Assembly: GCF_009914755.1 (NCBI RefSeq)
Contig: NC_060928.1
Direction: 5' to 3' (one strand)
DNA from: the human T2T-CHM13v2.0 reference genome, Homo sapiens
Length of the DNA stretch: 64,000 nt
The translations under genes were made by a program, and so were the position numbers. Under the pieces are notes generated by a model. It made no database searches, had not been told where the DNA came from, and saw only the letters and a program-made list of their open reading frames with translations. Positions 15,355 through 31,844 of the stretch are shown piece by piece. The first letter of the stretch is position 1, and the number at the start of each line of letters is the position of its first letter.

Positions 15355-15845
15355 GATCTGGTTAGTTATTGCTATAGAACAAATGACTCTGAAATGTAGA
15401 GGTGTAAAACAATGAAAACCTTTTGTATCATTCCTGGTTTCTGTCAGAAGGGCTTGACTGGACTCTCTGGCTCAGGGTCTTTCACGTAGATGTCAGGTGA
15501 GGGTTGGAGCTGGGACAGTGGAGGGGGAGATGAAGCAGCCTGGGCTTTCCCTGGCACCTCCTCTCAGAGTTTCTGCATGGGTCTCTCTGTAGGCGCTAGT
15601 TTGGACATTCTTTGTGTTGAAGCCAGCACAGGGCAGTCAGACTCCTTACATGGAGGTGCAGAGCTCCAGGAGAAGTGTTCTGGTGAAAAAACTGGCAGAT
15701 GCATGGCTTTTTCAACTTGCTCTCAGAAGTCACTTCCTATTACTCCCAACGTACATTGTTGGTGGAAATAGCCACAAAAGCCTACCTTGCAGCCCATAGG
15801 CTGATAGATATCACTGAGATTGTCTTTGGAAGATATAACTTCACT
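15355..15845 (-). mobile_element. Old MaLR LTR (MLT1F/G/H-type)
   Basis: ttagttattgctatagaacaaatgactctgaaatgtagaggtgtaaaacaa; tctggctcagggtctttcac; ctcagaagtcac. Confidence 0.6.
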
Positions 15846-16194
15846 GGAAAATTATCATTCAGTTTTTGAATAAGCGTTTATTAAAACTGTCAATTTATGA
15901 AATATTTTACTTAAATCTAAAATTATTTTAAGTGAGAAAAAGACAAGTGATATCAAAGAATGAAAACCATGTCAGAGTGGACCTCATATTTATAAAAATA
16001 AAGAATTCAGGGAGATTTTCTTGGCCATGTACTAGATGAGTATGCTTTGACCAATATTTTCATATTTTCATTTCATGTTCTATCCTCAACAATTATGATA
16101 GCTACAAATTGTTGCAGAAATTGTACATTATAGCTGCAGAACAACATTTTACATGCACCCTTGTTCAGTCCTCATTGCTATATTCCAAGATAAG

Positions 16195-16310
16195 CAATGT
16201 TTTACAGATAAGAAAGTTAAACTCAGGCAATCGTGAGTTATCCAAAAACACAAATTAGAAAATTGCAAAACTGGGTTTTAAATTCAGATGCCCCTGATTC
16301 TAAAGTCTAA
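16195..16310 (-). mobile_element. MIR fragment
   Basis: ttttacagataagaaagt..aactcag; ctgggttttaaattcagatg..ctgattctaaagtc. Confidence 0.6.
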
Positions 16311-16619
16311 CACCTATTTCAGGTTACCAAAATGTGAAATGGAGAAATGACATTAGATGGTTCATACCCACAGACTCTAATGACATTGATCCAGAGAATT
16401 TGAAAGTGATTTGCTTTCTACTTCTATTTCTTTTCTGTATTAGTCAAGGAGTGAGCTGCAGTTTGGGAATACCCTACACGGAATACCTCTCTGGTACTTG
16501 ACAATTCCACTTTTCGGTTAACAAAGAAGGACTCAGATCAGAGCCTTTCATAGGCAACAATATCTATGTAAACTTTTATTCTTTTTTTCTCATTATATTT
16601 ATTTTTAGTTACATAATAG

Positions 16620-16896
<277 letters not shown>

Positions 16897-19800
16897 CAGT
16901 CTTTCACTTATGAATAAAATGTACCATACAGTTTTCAGGTCTCAAACAAATCAACCTAAAGTAAAATAGTAAATAAATAATACTTAAAGGTACTTATGTG
17001 CATATGTGAGGCATGTATTTAAGATGAAGCAGTCACCTGACTGACATTTAAGGTACTCTACTGCCTTACACAGAATAAGGAGGAAAATTACTTTTAGAAA
17101 AGAGTCTGAAATTAAAGCACTTCCAAACTTTCACATATGTTGTCAAATATCATTTGATAGTTTTACTTAACACTATATTCTATATCTGATTTTGTATGCT
17201 TATATAGTGTTTCCCATTGTTTCCCCTCTTTGGCAATTGCACATATAGCATTTCCACTGCAGCCTGGGGACAGATGGAGAGATTCTTCTCACACTGCAAC
17301 AATCATAGTGAATAGTGGTCCCCAGATGGAATGCCAGGAAATAGAGAAGTCAAGTACCATGTTTGACACTTCCTTCATCTGGCAATCTTCTGAAAGTCAG
17401 AGACCATTACCAATTTAGCAGCCACGGAGTTGGCTTTTTAAAGAACTTTTTTTTTTTTAAGCCATAGACTTAAACAGAAAGGGGGAGAAAGAGGAGAAGA
17501 AAGATTTTATTAAAAGAATGTAGCTTGTACCTGCCTATGATCTCCATTTTATAAAATAATAGTGGTAATGATAACAATTTTTTTTAAAAAAGAGGCAAAT
17601 AAGTCATATTGACTGCTTGCCAAGGCAGCAGTTGGTTTGAATAAAGCGTTGGCTATCCCTTGGTATGATCATTATTTACACTTTTGCTTTCCGAAAACAA
17701 TTGTTTGATATATTAGTATTAGAAATAATCTTTAAGGATGTCATATTATACAAGTCTTAATGCATATTTACTATCAGAAAAAAGGGTCATTTTCTATCAT
17801 TCTTTATAAAATGGTTAACTGAAATAATTTCTAAGTTCTACAAAAATGAACACCAATTTTGGGTGTTCACAACTTTAAAATATGCCAAGCTTTCACAATC
17901 ACTACCGACGCCTAGGAGAGGCACTCTTCTCAGAGCCTCTCATATTGCAAATGCAAAAAAAATTAAAAATTACCTGCTGGAAATCAAGATCAGAATGTGG
18001 ACTTATTGAAATGTTTTGCCACATTACAATGTTGTTGGTTCTTAAATTTGAGGTAAATTATTCTAATTCTACTTTAAATCTACAACAGTAATGCCAAAAT
18101 ACGTGTGCTAGAAAAGTATAAATAACTTATTTATCAATGTGGCAAAATTATTTCAGGGAAATTTATGGATAATTCCAAGTAAAAGCTGTTCACTCTGTGG
18201 TTTCTCATTTAGCATATTTATACTATACCCCTACCTCACTCCCATAGCAGAGAAAATATGAGATGTCAAAACATCTCATGTAAAAATAATTTAAATATTC
18301 TAAACATATATATCTATGAGATATACTACACATATTCCACATAGAGCATTTTGAGAATATTCTACTGTTGGACACCCTGAAATGTTTACAGATTATCATT
18401 GTAAGACAGTCTTAAATATATAGAACATAGGTGGTCAATAAATTATTTTTCTAAACCATGTGAATGACTTTAAAAAATCTACCGTGAAAGACCAGATGGC
18501 TTAGCAGATTGGCAATTTATGAGCTAACTTTAATTTCTCACTGGACAAAATGACTACAGGTCATTGTCATCCTCCATCTGCCATGTGGCATGTGAATAAT
18601 GAATGGTAGGCTTAGTCTTGTTACCATAGACAGGTGCCTACCCTAGAAGAGATGAGCCTCATTCCAATTGGAAATAATTCATTTATGTCTCATGGGATGA
18701 ATGGCAAAAGCTGAGTTTCCTGACTACAGTTTAAAACATCTCCGGGTTAAAATTATTAGAAAATAAGGTACTAATAAAAGTGTTTCTAAACCTTATATTT
18801 TAAAAGAGGATATCTATTTTCCCACATATTTCTATGACATTGAGTCAATAGGTCCTCAAAATAAGATGTTATTATTCACCTTTCAAACTTCTAACTTTGT
18901 GGAAAAGTCTGCAAAGTAATTAAGTATAAGCATTGGATTTATATTTAGAAAACATCAGGTATCTTAATAATGTATTTGGCATAACACAAGCTCTTTTAAA
19001 ATTTTAAAATTTTGTTTATAAATGTGCATGTATGTAGGGAATTGAGTTTTCTATATGTGATTAAGAAAAGGGAATAATGTACACTTAAGACAGAGAGAGA
19101 GAGACAAAAAGATTAATTTGGAAGAAATTTTTGTATAAACATAACATTGTGATTTAAACTTGAAAAACCCAACCCAAGCGTTTAAATATTCTTGCCACCA
19201 TATAAATTTTTATACTATAGGTAAAGACAATAAACCCTAAATATTAATTATAAGAAAGAATCTGGCTAATGTTGAAGAAATGTTGAGTAGACAATTTGTG
19301 GTGAGGATTTCTTTGTCTGTTACTGATTTTTCTTTGAACCCAGGGTGATTAAGATTTGCATACAACAGAGAATCTTCACTCTATGAATATCTTGTCAAAA
19401 GTGAGATTCTGTTAACTCTGTAGGAGCTTAGGGGCTACAAAGTCATTGAACTTAAATAACTTTAAGCCACAGAACTTTGAAATTATTCTCCTGTAATCAT
19501 TTTGATTACATAAAGGGGAAACTCAGTATCCATTTAAGCCCATGCTAATCTCCTCCTTTAACAGTACAGAAACAAGCCAGAGAGGTGTGGACATCGATAA
19601 TGATGTAAATCAAGCTAAAATTTAATAACACTATTGTTCTTTATTACGTTTATTTCCACAGCTAGTTTTAATTGATCATATCTCTTACATATTTTTCACT
19701 TGGTGTAGTAATATAATCTTTTAAATATTAAAACTATTTATATTTGTATAGGTATTCAATTTAAAGTAAAGTAATATGTAATAGCCCAAGTGCTGCTCAG

Positions 19801-20060
19801 ATACAGGAAAAGTTAATAAGGAGATAAGTGTTTTAAGATTATGTAGCTAATATGCTAATTGGGTCAGTAGAGATTACAAAATATGAATGTGTTATTTCAT
19901 GATGGTAACAATGTTTAATATCATTATTATGATATATAAAGTATTTTAGTAAATATGTTTATAATTATGTCAGCTTCTGCCAGTTTTCCAAATCTGCAGC
20001 CTTTTTCTCCCTTCGTCAATAGCCTTCCAATTTATTTTGTAGGCCAAGAAGCAATTCTTC

Positions 20061-20325
<265 letters not shown>

Positions 20326-21675
20326 GCAGGTGATCCATTAGCTATTCCAGACTCGTTTGTGGATGTCTATACCTAGTCTCTTGCTGCTTTTCTGCTATTA
20401 ACCTAATAATTCACTCTAATCCAGTCTAACATATTAATGTTTGACTGGCTCCTCCAACTTATTTCTTAGCTTTTGCCTTGGGGTGGTAACAGGATTTCTT
20501 ATTTAACTCATGGTAAATGAGTTAACATCTGGGTTTCCCAATTAATATGATGCTTCTAGGGATCTAACAGTCCTGATGGCTCCCGTTACCAACCGAGGAA
20601 CTTCTCTTATATCTATCACTGCCCTGTCTGTGGATTTTTAAATAGTGCATTTTTATGGATGCCCCATCTCTATAATGATCTTGGAACACCTTGCTATTAT
20701 TAGTTAGACTCCTAATGTCAGGGTTTTTTTATTATTAGATTACAACCCTTTGGATATCATATTCTAGACCTACAGTGGCCTCCTAAATCCAACAGTGGGC
20801 ATGTCCCATGCTGACTTTCTTGTATCCTCCTTCAATTGACTGATCTTCTTGGCATTCTCAATTATAAAAATGCAACACACAGTGCATTTAAAAATATAAA
20901 GTGTTTAATTATTTACTTTATTTACATGTATTTACACTATATTAACTTTCAAAAAGTAGATACAGACACCTGCTTCAAAGAATCTAAAGTAAAGTAATAT
21001 GACAGAAAAGGAGGAGAAAGGTAGGAAGAAACTGATTTAGCTAGTGTGGTCATACTGAAATGGTGATTTATATAATACTTTTTCAGGCACTGAGAAACTT
21101 TACAGAAAATAGGTTTTATGTATATTCAGATGAGTGCTAACAATTTTTTTGAAGGCAAGTATTTGGCATCTACTAGATAAAAAGTAAATTAACAGAAGGA
21201 TTTTGCATGTTATTTATGATATAATAGAGTTATCAAGACACATAAATAGAAAAAATACCAATGTCTTAAGATAATGTCTGAATATTTGCACACATATACA
21301 CTTACCCTCACATCTGAACAATTTAAGGTTAAAAAAAAGTAGGTTAAAAGAAAGGTGGCACAAAATGCTAAGGTAGTCCAGAGGAAGATACTATATCCTA
21401 CTATAGAGAATAATAAATGCTTCACATATAGGTTAATTCTAAGTAGCAGAGACACAGGGCATGAACAAGGCAAGAATAATGAGATCACCCAGGAGGTAAT
21501 TGCCAAAGATATAGAAAAAAAGCATAAATTATCTCTAAAAGCTTTATGTAAGACATTCAGATTTTTTAAAAAAGATCATATGATAGAATGTGAGACTTAA
21601 GGAAAGCAAAGTAAGTTTCAGTGGTGCTTTAAATAGGTCCTGCATATGTATTCGCATATTTATTTTAGATGCAAC

Positions 21676-22254
21676 TATAAACAAAAATAAAATTTGAAGC
21701 CCCCGCCACAACCATCTGAATGGACTTTCTCCTCAGCCAGGGCACTCTAAAATTTAACTTGAAAGTGTGGTGTAGGCCTTGACAGAAAGTAGGATTTGGA
21801 CTTGCCTCATTACACCCCTCCAGCGTTAACATCAGCACAAAGCTTAAGTCTGATAAGAAACATTTGCATCTGCTAAAGCCTGCTGCTTGAAGGCTTCATC
21901 TGCATGATAAAACCTAGGTCTCCATAACCCCTTATCATAAACCAGACATTCCTTTCTACTGGTAATAGCTCTTTCAACCAGTTACCAATCAGAATATGTT
22001 TAAATCTACCTATGACCTGGAAGCACCCCCAACTTCTAGTTGTCCCACCTTTCCAGATGGAACCAATGTAAATCTTCTATGCCTTGATTGATGTATTCTG
22101 TCTCCCTAAAATGTATACATGCAAGCTGTACCCTGACCACCTTGGGCACATGTCATCAGGACCTCCTGAAGCTATGTCACAAGCACCTCCTTAACTCTGA
22201 CAAAACAAACTTTCTAAATTGATTGAAACTTATCTCAGATACTCTTGGTTTACA
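21676..22254 (+). mobile_element. ERV1 solo LTR, MER4 family (MER4B/D-like)
   Basis: aaccatctgaatggac; aaatctacctatgacctggaagc; gaccaccttgggcacatgtcatcaggacctcctga; ends tctcagatactcttggtttaca. Confidence 0.85.
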
Positions 22255-22744
22255 CATATAAAAACATACATAGCTCGAGATAATCACATGATTCGAATTA
22301 TTTAAAGATAATTTCTTTAACTCTAAAATTTATAAAACTTGTATTTACATACAGAAAGACCTGATTTTAGAAAATATAAATTAATGCCATTATATAAACC
22401 CATTAAAAGCAAAGCCTAAAGAAACCCTGCTCTGCAAATCAGTATACAAATGCAGTTCAGGTGACTGAACCTCCAAGAGTCAGTGGTTGTGTATGTAAGG
22501 TTGTGTACCACTATTGAATTTTAAATAAGCAGCCACACTAATCTAAAAATAGTCACGTAACAAAGTAGGAGAATGATATAAGATGGAAAAAATACATTTT
22601 CTTTTTTTTGCCTAGACCTTAAATTATGCAATCAAAGATTATAACGAGTATTTGTTCTGAGAGTTCATGAGGACTGCTGAAGAGGAAGAAAAAAATGTCA
22701 TTTGCACTGATAAGTGGCAGTCTAAGTGACTTTAGGAGATTTTA

Positions 22745-23212
22745 AGGAAATGAAGCGGTATTTTTAAGAATAACAAATAATGGTTTAAACCATTATCTAT
22801 AGAGAGCTCCTAGGACCTAATTAGATGCTCATTTACATACTAAATAACACATCCACCAGTGTCATAACACTTCCCAGAATACCCGTATTTGGTGTAAAAA
22901 TGGGTGACACTTCAGTTCTGAGGAATGTCCACCTTTTTCCAGGAATGTCCATGAATATTCCACCCCTTGGTTAAAGAAACCCATAATGTAGCAGTCCCAA
23001 ACCCCCTTGCTCATGACTCTCTCTTGAGTATGACTGCATTCCCATTTCTTCAGTGTCTACTTTTTGCTTTGCGATAAATCTCTGTATTTTCACTATTTTC
23101 TCACTGAATCTTAAACTCCTTCCCACGATGATGTCAAAAGCCTGGAAGCAAGCTGGTGTTGAGGTTCCACTGGCATTAGATGACCTCCCCCAGCCCACTT
23201 GCCAGTATTACA
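22745..23212 (+). mobile_element. ERV1 LTR of the MER4 group (MER50/MER57-like; subfamily uncertain)
   Basis: aaataacacatccaccagtgtcat; cagttctgaggaat; catgaatattccaccccttg; tctacttttgctttgcgataaa; ends ..attaca. Confidence 0.6.
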
Positions 23213-23656
23213 TGGAAGTGATCACAGTAGTTGGAACTACAGAAAAGGCAGAGCTAGATGAAGGGAAGTAGATAAATTCAATGAGTGTTTTGGAGGTGGT
23301 GGTAAAAAGATTTCTAGATATAGAAACTTTATAGCAGTCTGTTTCAACATTTCTAGCACCAACAGCTTCCTTTGGAGAAACACTCTAACCACCCGCCCCC
23401 TTTTTAAGCCATTCATATCTTTTCAGCCATATTAACATAAAAAGGAATTCCATATTTAGCATACTATTATGCGTTGATTCCTGGGCACACTACTATTCCA
23501 AAGAGATTCTTAGACATGAGTTTCTTACTATACATTTAAGTAGCATTAGCTAAATTTTCTTATAGATGGCTTAGGGAAATATTTTTCTAATATTTAAGAA
23601 AACTGGTTCATAGATGCAACATGAACAGTGGAAGAGGTTATATTGCCCATATTCAC

Positions 23657-24415
<759 letters not shown>

Positions 24416-25846
24416 CTATCACATGGAGTAACTTACAAGTAGATAAAATATAAAAAGAGACTATTTTCGGAAATTGCTATGGTAAATGTCATATGGAACA
24501 AAGTTATTTTTGAGAAGAACTGTTGCCCAGAATTTATAAAGTAGTTTTGTGTTTATGATATTATTCTTAAAAACGCTATCTGAATATCACACCATGATTC
24601 TAAATTTATGGGAAAAAAAGAAGAAAAAAACAATCCATCCAAGAGCTGGAAAGTAAGCGTAAGCTGCAGGGAACCTCCCAACTCTACAATAACAAAATGG
24701 CCAAATTACTTCTTAAAAATAATAACAGTCAACATTGTTGAGTAATCTTTTTGATAGAATATGCAAAGCTGTTCAACATTTTCTTTTTCATTTCAAGAAC
24801 ATATGAGCCAACTGTTATGATGATGTATCTTGTAGGGATTTTGAGACCAGCATGACTTATGTTCATAATATTTGGATGTTTTGTATTTTTCTTGGACTTA
24901 TCTACACATTTGTAAAAGTGCCAGCACAAGAAGGGAAATAAACAAATTTGATCCTCACTCTCAAATATTTAAAGCTATAAGTGTTCTTGTTCTTTGCTCC
25001 CTTGTTGCTGAACTGAATGTCTATTTTTCTCATTGAGTATCTGTGACTTTAACAGCCTCATTATAATCTGGAGTACACACCTAATAACAGCACCATGGCA
25101 AGAAGAACATGCTCATGACTGACAATAGCAGGAACCTAACAAACCATTCTTTCGTCTAGACACTGTCTTCCTCCCAAGCTTCAGAATAAACAAATCCAAG
25201 ACTGCAGCTGCATTGGTGTTACATACAGACAAGATGGATAAACAAAATCTGACTTTCTTCCTGTTAGAGTAGGCACAGATACTGATAAACACAATTCCCA
25301 CATCTTGTACACATATTTTGTCTGCCTGACGAAAGACCTAAAGAACAGTGTGTGTATGCCTCTGTGTGATATGTGGATAATGCCACATGTTTCTACAGAA
25401 TCTATTCTCTCCCATTTAGCATAGAAGAAATAACCAGTTATATAGTTTTAATTCACTAATATTAAACCAAGGGTCTACCTGGAATCAACACTACTTTATG
25501 ATTTTCTGACATCACCCCATTTGAAAGGAAAGAATAATCAAATTGAATTAGGCAGAAGAAAATTTCACCTAGATGTTTGTAGAATATTTTAAAGAAAATG
25601 ATCTGATATGCAGCAAACTACAAATATTTTATTCCGATTTTTTTCCCATTCCATTGCTAATTTAAAAACATTTACTTATACTTCACATCACAATTGCCCA
25701 CAAATGAGTCCCACAAACCCAGGCTCAAGAATACTTGATGTTCAAGGTCTGGGCTTGTATAAGCTCAGTTGACTGTTATTCACATTTCCATTTATAAGGA
25801 AATCCATATATGGACAGCCCATGTTCCATAAAATTCATACTGATAA

Positions 25847-26194
<348 letters not shown>

Positions 26195-27184
26195 TTATAC
26201 ATTTATTTTTATCTGCTTCATTTTATGTTCTGTAGATAAACCCTTGAGCAAAATGTCAAGTGGCAGGTTTTGGTAAAGTCAGGTAAAAGAGTAGCAGCAT
26301 GTGGTCCTCTACAGAAAAGGCCACAAAGATAATCTCTCTTTGTTTCCCTCTACCCTCCATATTTCTCAGCTATTGGCAAAGCATGTGCTTCAGAATCATT
26401 CCCAAAGAGAGTTTAACACAACATGTTCCCAGGAATGCAATGCACATCAATGCGTAGTAAAGAGTTAATTGGAATTATTATATTTCCCTGCACCTCAAAC
26501 ACCCTGAGTCAAAACTTTTTTAAAAAATTTCTTTGGCAGGTTGAGAAATGAATAAAGTAATCTGCATAAAAACAATTATGTACTATCAAGATGGCACTCT
26601 ATAGAGAAATTTAATTTCCAAGGTTAATAAAAAATGACATCCCCTTCCTCAAACTTGAAGATTGCTTGTAGCCAGGAATCCTAAATAATCACATTACCTA
26701 TCTTCTGGTGCCAGATCATAGTAAGAATATAATAATTTTCTAAGAATTTCTCTTGGTTCTGGATAAAGACCAATGTTACTTTCTCATAGTTAAGATGCAG
26801 TCATTCCAAAACATAATTGGGCTCTGTAGTAGCCACAAAGCATTTGATGTGTCATCATAAATGAAACTGTAAAAATCAAATATAGCTAGGAAGATGTTCA
26901 TCCTTCTGTTCACTACAGATTAGCTTATGTTGTTCTTAATATCCTCTAATCCTTGAGAGGATATATGTATTTATGTGTGTGTGTGTGTGTAGCTTTTCAT
27001 TCAAAGTTTTCAACCAATAGTTACTTGCTAAATACCAGGAACAATTACAAGAAATTCTGAAAATCACCAAGACATGAGAATATTTGATATTCAAGGTTTC
27101 AGCTTGTACAGGCTGCAATCGACTATTACTGCAGACTGAGCAACCCAAGTTGGGTGAAATGTGGCACTAATAAGAGTAGGGATC

Positions 27185-27531
27185 TGCTATGGACTGAATG
27201 TATTGCCACAAAATATACATGTTGTATTTCTGACCTCCAATATGGTGGTATTTGGAGATGGGATCTTTGGCAGGTAATTAGATCATGAGGGTAGAGGCCT
27301 CATGATGGGATTAATTCCCCTATAAGAAGAGACAGGGAGCTTCATCACTCTCTGCTCTCCACCAGGTGGATTTGCTATCTGTAAATCAGGAAGGGGGCCC
27401 TCAGCAAAACCTGAGTGTCCTAGAATCTATACCTCAGACTTCCCAACTCCAGAACTGTGAGAATAAATGTTTGTTGTTTAAGCCACCAAGTCTATGCTAA
27501 TTGTTTACAACAGTCTGAGCTGACTAAGAAG
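27185..27531 (+). mobile_element. MLT1A/MLT1A0 solo LTR
   Basis: Starts tgctatggactgaatgt; ctccagaactgtgagaataaatgtttgttgtttaagccacc; ends gactaaga; 5-bp TSD ggatc on both sides. Confidence 0.9.
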
Positions 27532-30500
27532 GGATCTTACAGAGATTCATATCCATGTGGGTAAGATGAAAAGTGTCCCAATAGTTGGGGGAGATTAAAA
27601 GAGTAGAAAATTATTTTAGAGATAGGCAGATCTGAAGGCAAAGAAGCAAGACTAGTGGTATAGGAACTTTCATATGAAACACATTAAAAAGAAATTATCT
27701 TCCTATGTAATTATTCCCTTTAATTACGTGAAACCCTTGATTAATGTCTGATGCAGCTGTAGAGCCAAGTGCAAATTATTTTGATGAATAAGGAAATTGA
27801 ATATTAGAGGAAAGAATAGTCTGTAATGAATTAAGGGATTGAATATTAGAAGGAAAACTAGCCTGTGCCACATTTTTTTCTTCCCCAGATTCCTCTGGGA
27901 AAATATCATCATCCTGTACAGATATGGGATCAGGAGTTTGAGGCCATGATAAGCACTAATGTTTTGCCTACAAGCAACAAAGTAGTTTAGGTCTAAAAGT
28001 CTTTCAATGAATAATTTTTTTTTACTTTTAATTATTAACTTGAAGGAAACCGAGGAAGGAAAGAACAGTGACAAATTCATACTACAGTATGGTTAATTAA
28101 AATTACCTTCTTTGACGTCCATCGGACTTAAAACGAAAGGTTGGGGAAAAGTTCTATTGAAAAAATATTGAAATAGTATGCACCTGAAGTGTGGCAAATG
28201 TGAGGGACCATAGGGAAGGCACAAATTTCTACTTTTAATTGTTAGGAAGGGTCACTCTAACACTAGAATTTTTAAAATTTGAGATTTCATAGATCATTAA
28301 TTAAAGGAATTTTCATCTTAAAGTTACTGACTTTTAATTTTGTCAGATTAGGATGTTAAACTCAATCAATCATTTAATTAATTTAATTAAGCAACTACTT
28401 ACTAAATATCCTCATTTTATTAAAAAATATTGCTGTTTTGGACATACACACACATACAAACACATACACACACATATATCCACATATGTACATTTATGTG
28501 TACCCTAAGAAACAACTATCAAAATTAGTCATTAAAATTTACCTAAAAATGTCACTGCATTATCACTCTCCACATCTTTTATATGGTGGTTAAAAAAAAA
28601 TCATTATAGATCAACATTGCTCCTCAAGCAAAAATGTAGGAATCATTATAGGAGCTTAAATTCTATCTTCAATTAGGAATACACATAAACTCCTTCGGCA
28701 TTTCACCTCTTGGCCATGCCTATTCCTACTCTAAATGGATACTTCGTAAATTGGCTCTTACACAACTTGGGACTATTTCAGGGACTACAATAGCTTAAAC
28801 TTAAGATGGACCTTTCTCACTGATATGGAATAAAGGTCATGAACTCTTGCACTGAGCAGTTGGAAAAATTTAAGTCAAATTCTTCCAAATTCTTCAAGTC
28901 AGCGGGTGAAAAAGAATTTAAATAGATTTGGAATAAGAAACACCTTATATCATATTGTAAGTTTTTATTGTATAGGAATGTATAAAAATGAGGTGGGAGA
29001 AATACAGGTAGATACACACCAAAAACCATTGCCATGTTAAATATTAGCCAAAACTGTTGTCCTTACAGATGTTTTTGTAAGAATTTTCTCTAAGTGCCCT
29101 GTAATTTTAAGAAGTACTTTAAGAAATGTCTGCTTATACTCACCTCTGAAGAGCTCATTTATTCATGTATATTAGAACATTTCTCAGATGCTTTCCTTTG
29201 GTTTCATGCCAGGAGATCTCTAAATAATAAAAGCACCTAATAAGGAGGTCTATTTTATACATCTACAACCAAACCCTCTTCAATGAATAACAAATGGCCC
29301 CTTCTTGTAGCAAATTTTGAATGTAAGGAAGATTGTTACAATGGATTTCCTGTGGTTGTTTTATCCTCTATACCCCATACATATAATTTTTACAAGATTC
29401 AGATTACTTTGAATAATAGAGTTATTGGCTGTTCATAAAGAAATCAAACACACTAAGCTGCTATTTTCAACATTATTTTATTGTTTTACAGCTCATATTT
29501 CTTTTTATCAAGAGTAACTCATGCCAAAAATTTCAAAAGCACTTTTGGCAGATATGTAAATAATTTGGAGAGCAAATATCCAATTAGTAAATTTTGGCAG
29601 ATAGTCTTTTGGATCCACATGAGAAGAGAAGAATATTTTAATATCCTTGACCAGTTCATTACTACTGACATAGCTCTGCTCACACATGGCAAACACTCCA
29701 GGTTTTATTTGGGAGGAATGTGATCAGGGAAATTTGTTACTAAAGCCTAAATGTTCAGATAACACTAAAGTGGTTTTCTTCCTCTCAATTTGCTATTTTC
29801 TAAAAATAGATTAAATAAACTTTGGTCCCTTTACTTTTATATGAGTAATGTTTTTAAGTTGCATATTACTACAAAAGATGATAGTTTGTTTCAATTGCAA
29901 TGATCTCACACCAGAGATGCAATGGAGAACAGGAACCTGACCATTTGTTCTCAGGGCACATTTACTCTCCATAAACCTGCGCCTTAGTTTCATTCATCCG
30001 TTCAAGAGCAGTAACTGTTAGCTGACTCTGATGGACTCAGAAAAGCCATGTCTAATATTCATGAGCTGGAACAAGGTAACTCAGTCCAATTGCTTCCTTT
30101 CATAAAGGAAATGATGAGACTTGGAATAATTCCTGAAATGGAAAAACCTAGACTTAACATTTTAAATGAAAGGATTTAAAGCCAAAGCTTAATTTACAAA
30201 GTAAGTGTCTATTATTAAAAATAACTTTTAAAACACAAGCCTCTATTTTAACAGTCACACAAAACTTCTTTCTTAAATGTCCACTATATAGAAAGCATCT
30301 ATCACAGTCTCAGTTTGCTATATTTTCCCCTTTCTTTGTCATGAATAGCTTCAGAATGTTAGATATACATGTTGTTTTTATTATTATCATAAATAATGAC
30401 TTTTAGTGTTTCTGGTTACCTTTAAAAGGAAGACAGCAACAGACAAAGCAATATAGAGTAGTGAGAATTTGCAGAAGCCCCACGTGCTTGTGTCTTCAGT

Positions 30501-30775
30501 AGACCATCAAATCTGAGCAGCCTTTTGGTCATTTAACTATTTCACTAAGACTACAGAAGCACCTTTTCATTAAACCTCTATTCTTCAAACCACCATGACT
30601 GCATTTAGGGACAGTGGATGGGCAAAACTCTCCTCTCTAGAATCCACTGTTGTAATGGAATATTGGCTTTGTTGTTTCTTTCTGATTTATAACCATGTCA
30701 AAAATGTCACATCACATACATATTTTAGGTTCTTTTGCTTCTTATATTGTAGTATGTATCCTGAGACTGTGGATA

Positions 30776-30863
30776 CATATGTGTGTGTGTATGTATATGT
30801 ATATGTGTGTTGTGTGTGCATATATCTATATGCATATACATACACACACACACATATATATAC
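30776..30863. repeat. Alternating purine-pyrimidine (TG/TA/CA)n tract
   Basis: Direct read; TG-rich left half, CA-rich right half. Confidence 0.9.
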
Positions 30864-31044
30864 AGGTTCAGTATAATGCACATTTTTGTATAAGTTTATG
30901 TATATTTTTCATACATATTTCACAGGTGAAATACATTCATGTGTTTTTTTCTTCTGAAGTTGTAATCATTATTGTGTAAGAACCATAATTAATTATACCT
31001 TCATTCAACAAGTATTTAAGTCCTACTTTTTATCAGGCTCTATT

Positions 31045-31840
31045 TTATTAGCAGTTTTTTTTGAAGTTGATTTACATTTCTTAAAATTCCACTGTTTTAA
31101 GTGTAAAATTCAATGATTCCTAGTGAATTTATAGAACGGTGCAAACATCGCCACAACTCAGTTTTCAATTCCCCAAAACATCTCCAGTCCATTTGTAGTC
31201 ATTTCTCTTTTCCATCCCCAGCCCGAGCCAATCTCTAATCAACTTGCTTTCATTCACTTTTTTGAAAATTGTATATCAGTGGAATAATACATATGGGGTC
31301 TTTTATATTTGGCATTTTTAGCCATGTTTTTTGAGGTTCATTCATGTGGTAGAATATATCAATAATACACTCTTCTATATTGCTGAATAGTATTCCACTG
31401 TATGGATATGTCACATTTTGTTTATCCATTTACCGGTTGGTTGGCATTTGGGTTGGTTTCAGTTTGGGACTCTTATGAATAGCAATGCTATGAACATTTA
31501 TACATGCATTTTTATATAGATGCATGTTTTTATTTCACTTGTATATATACCTCTGAGTCAAATTACTGGGTAAATTTATGTCTTTTTAAGAAATTGCCAA
31601 TCTGTTTTCCAAAATGGTTGGACCATGTTACATTCTGACCAAAAATGTATGATAATTTTAATTTTGCCACATCCCCACATTGTTTCATGTGTCATTTTGA
31701 TTATAGCCATCCTAGTTGGTGTGAAGTGGCAACTCATTGTGATTTTGAAATGCATTTCCCTAATGGCTCATTATGTCAGTATCTTTTCATGAGCTTGTTA
31801 ACCATTCATTTATCTTCTATAGTGAAATGTCCACTAAAAT
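31045..31840 (-). mobile_element. L1MB-type 3' end inserted in an L2
   Basis: ttttaagtgtaaaattcaatgatt; gctgaatagtattccactgtatggatat; ttttgattatagccatcctagt. Confidence 0.85.
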
Positions 31841-31844
31841 GTCT

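Noticed and set aside
17248-17334. Imperfect hairpin (ctggggac/gtccccag plus ttcca/tggaa) as a possible ncRNA
   Set aside because: Short interrupted stem with a large loop; no miRNA or snoRNA hallmarks
18258-18279. Perfect 9-bp stem-loop atgagatgt-caaa-acatctcat
   Set aside because: A stem this short is expected by chance in 64 kb of AT-rich DNA
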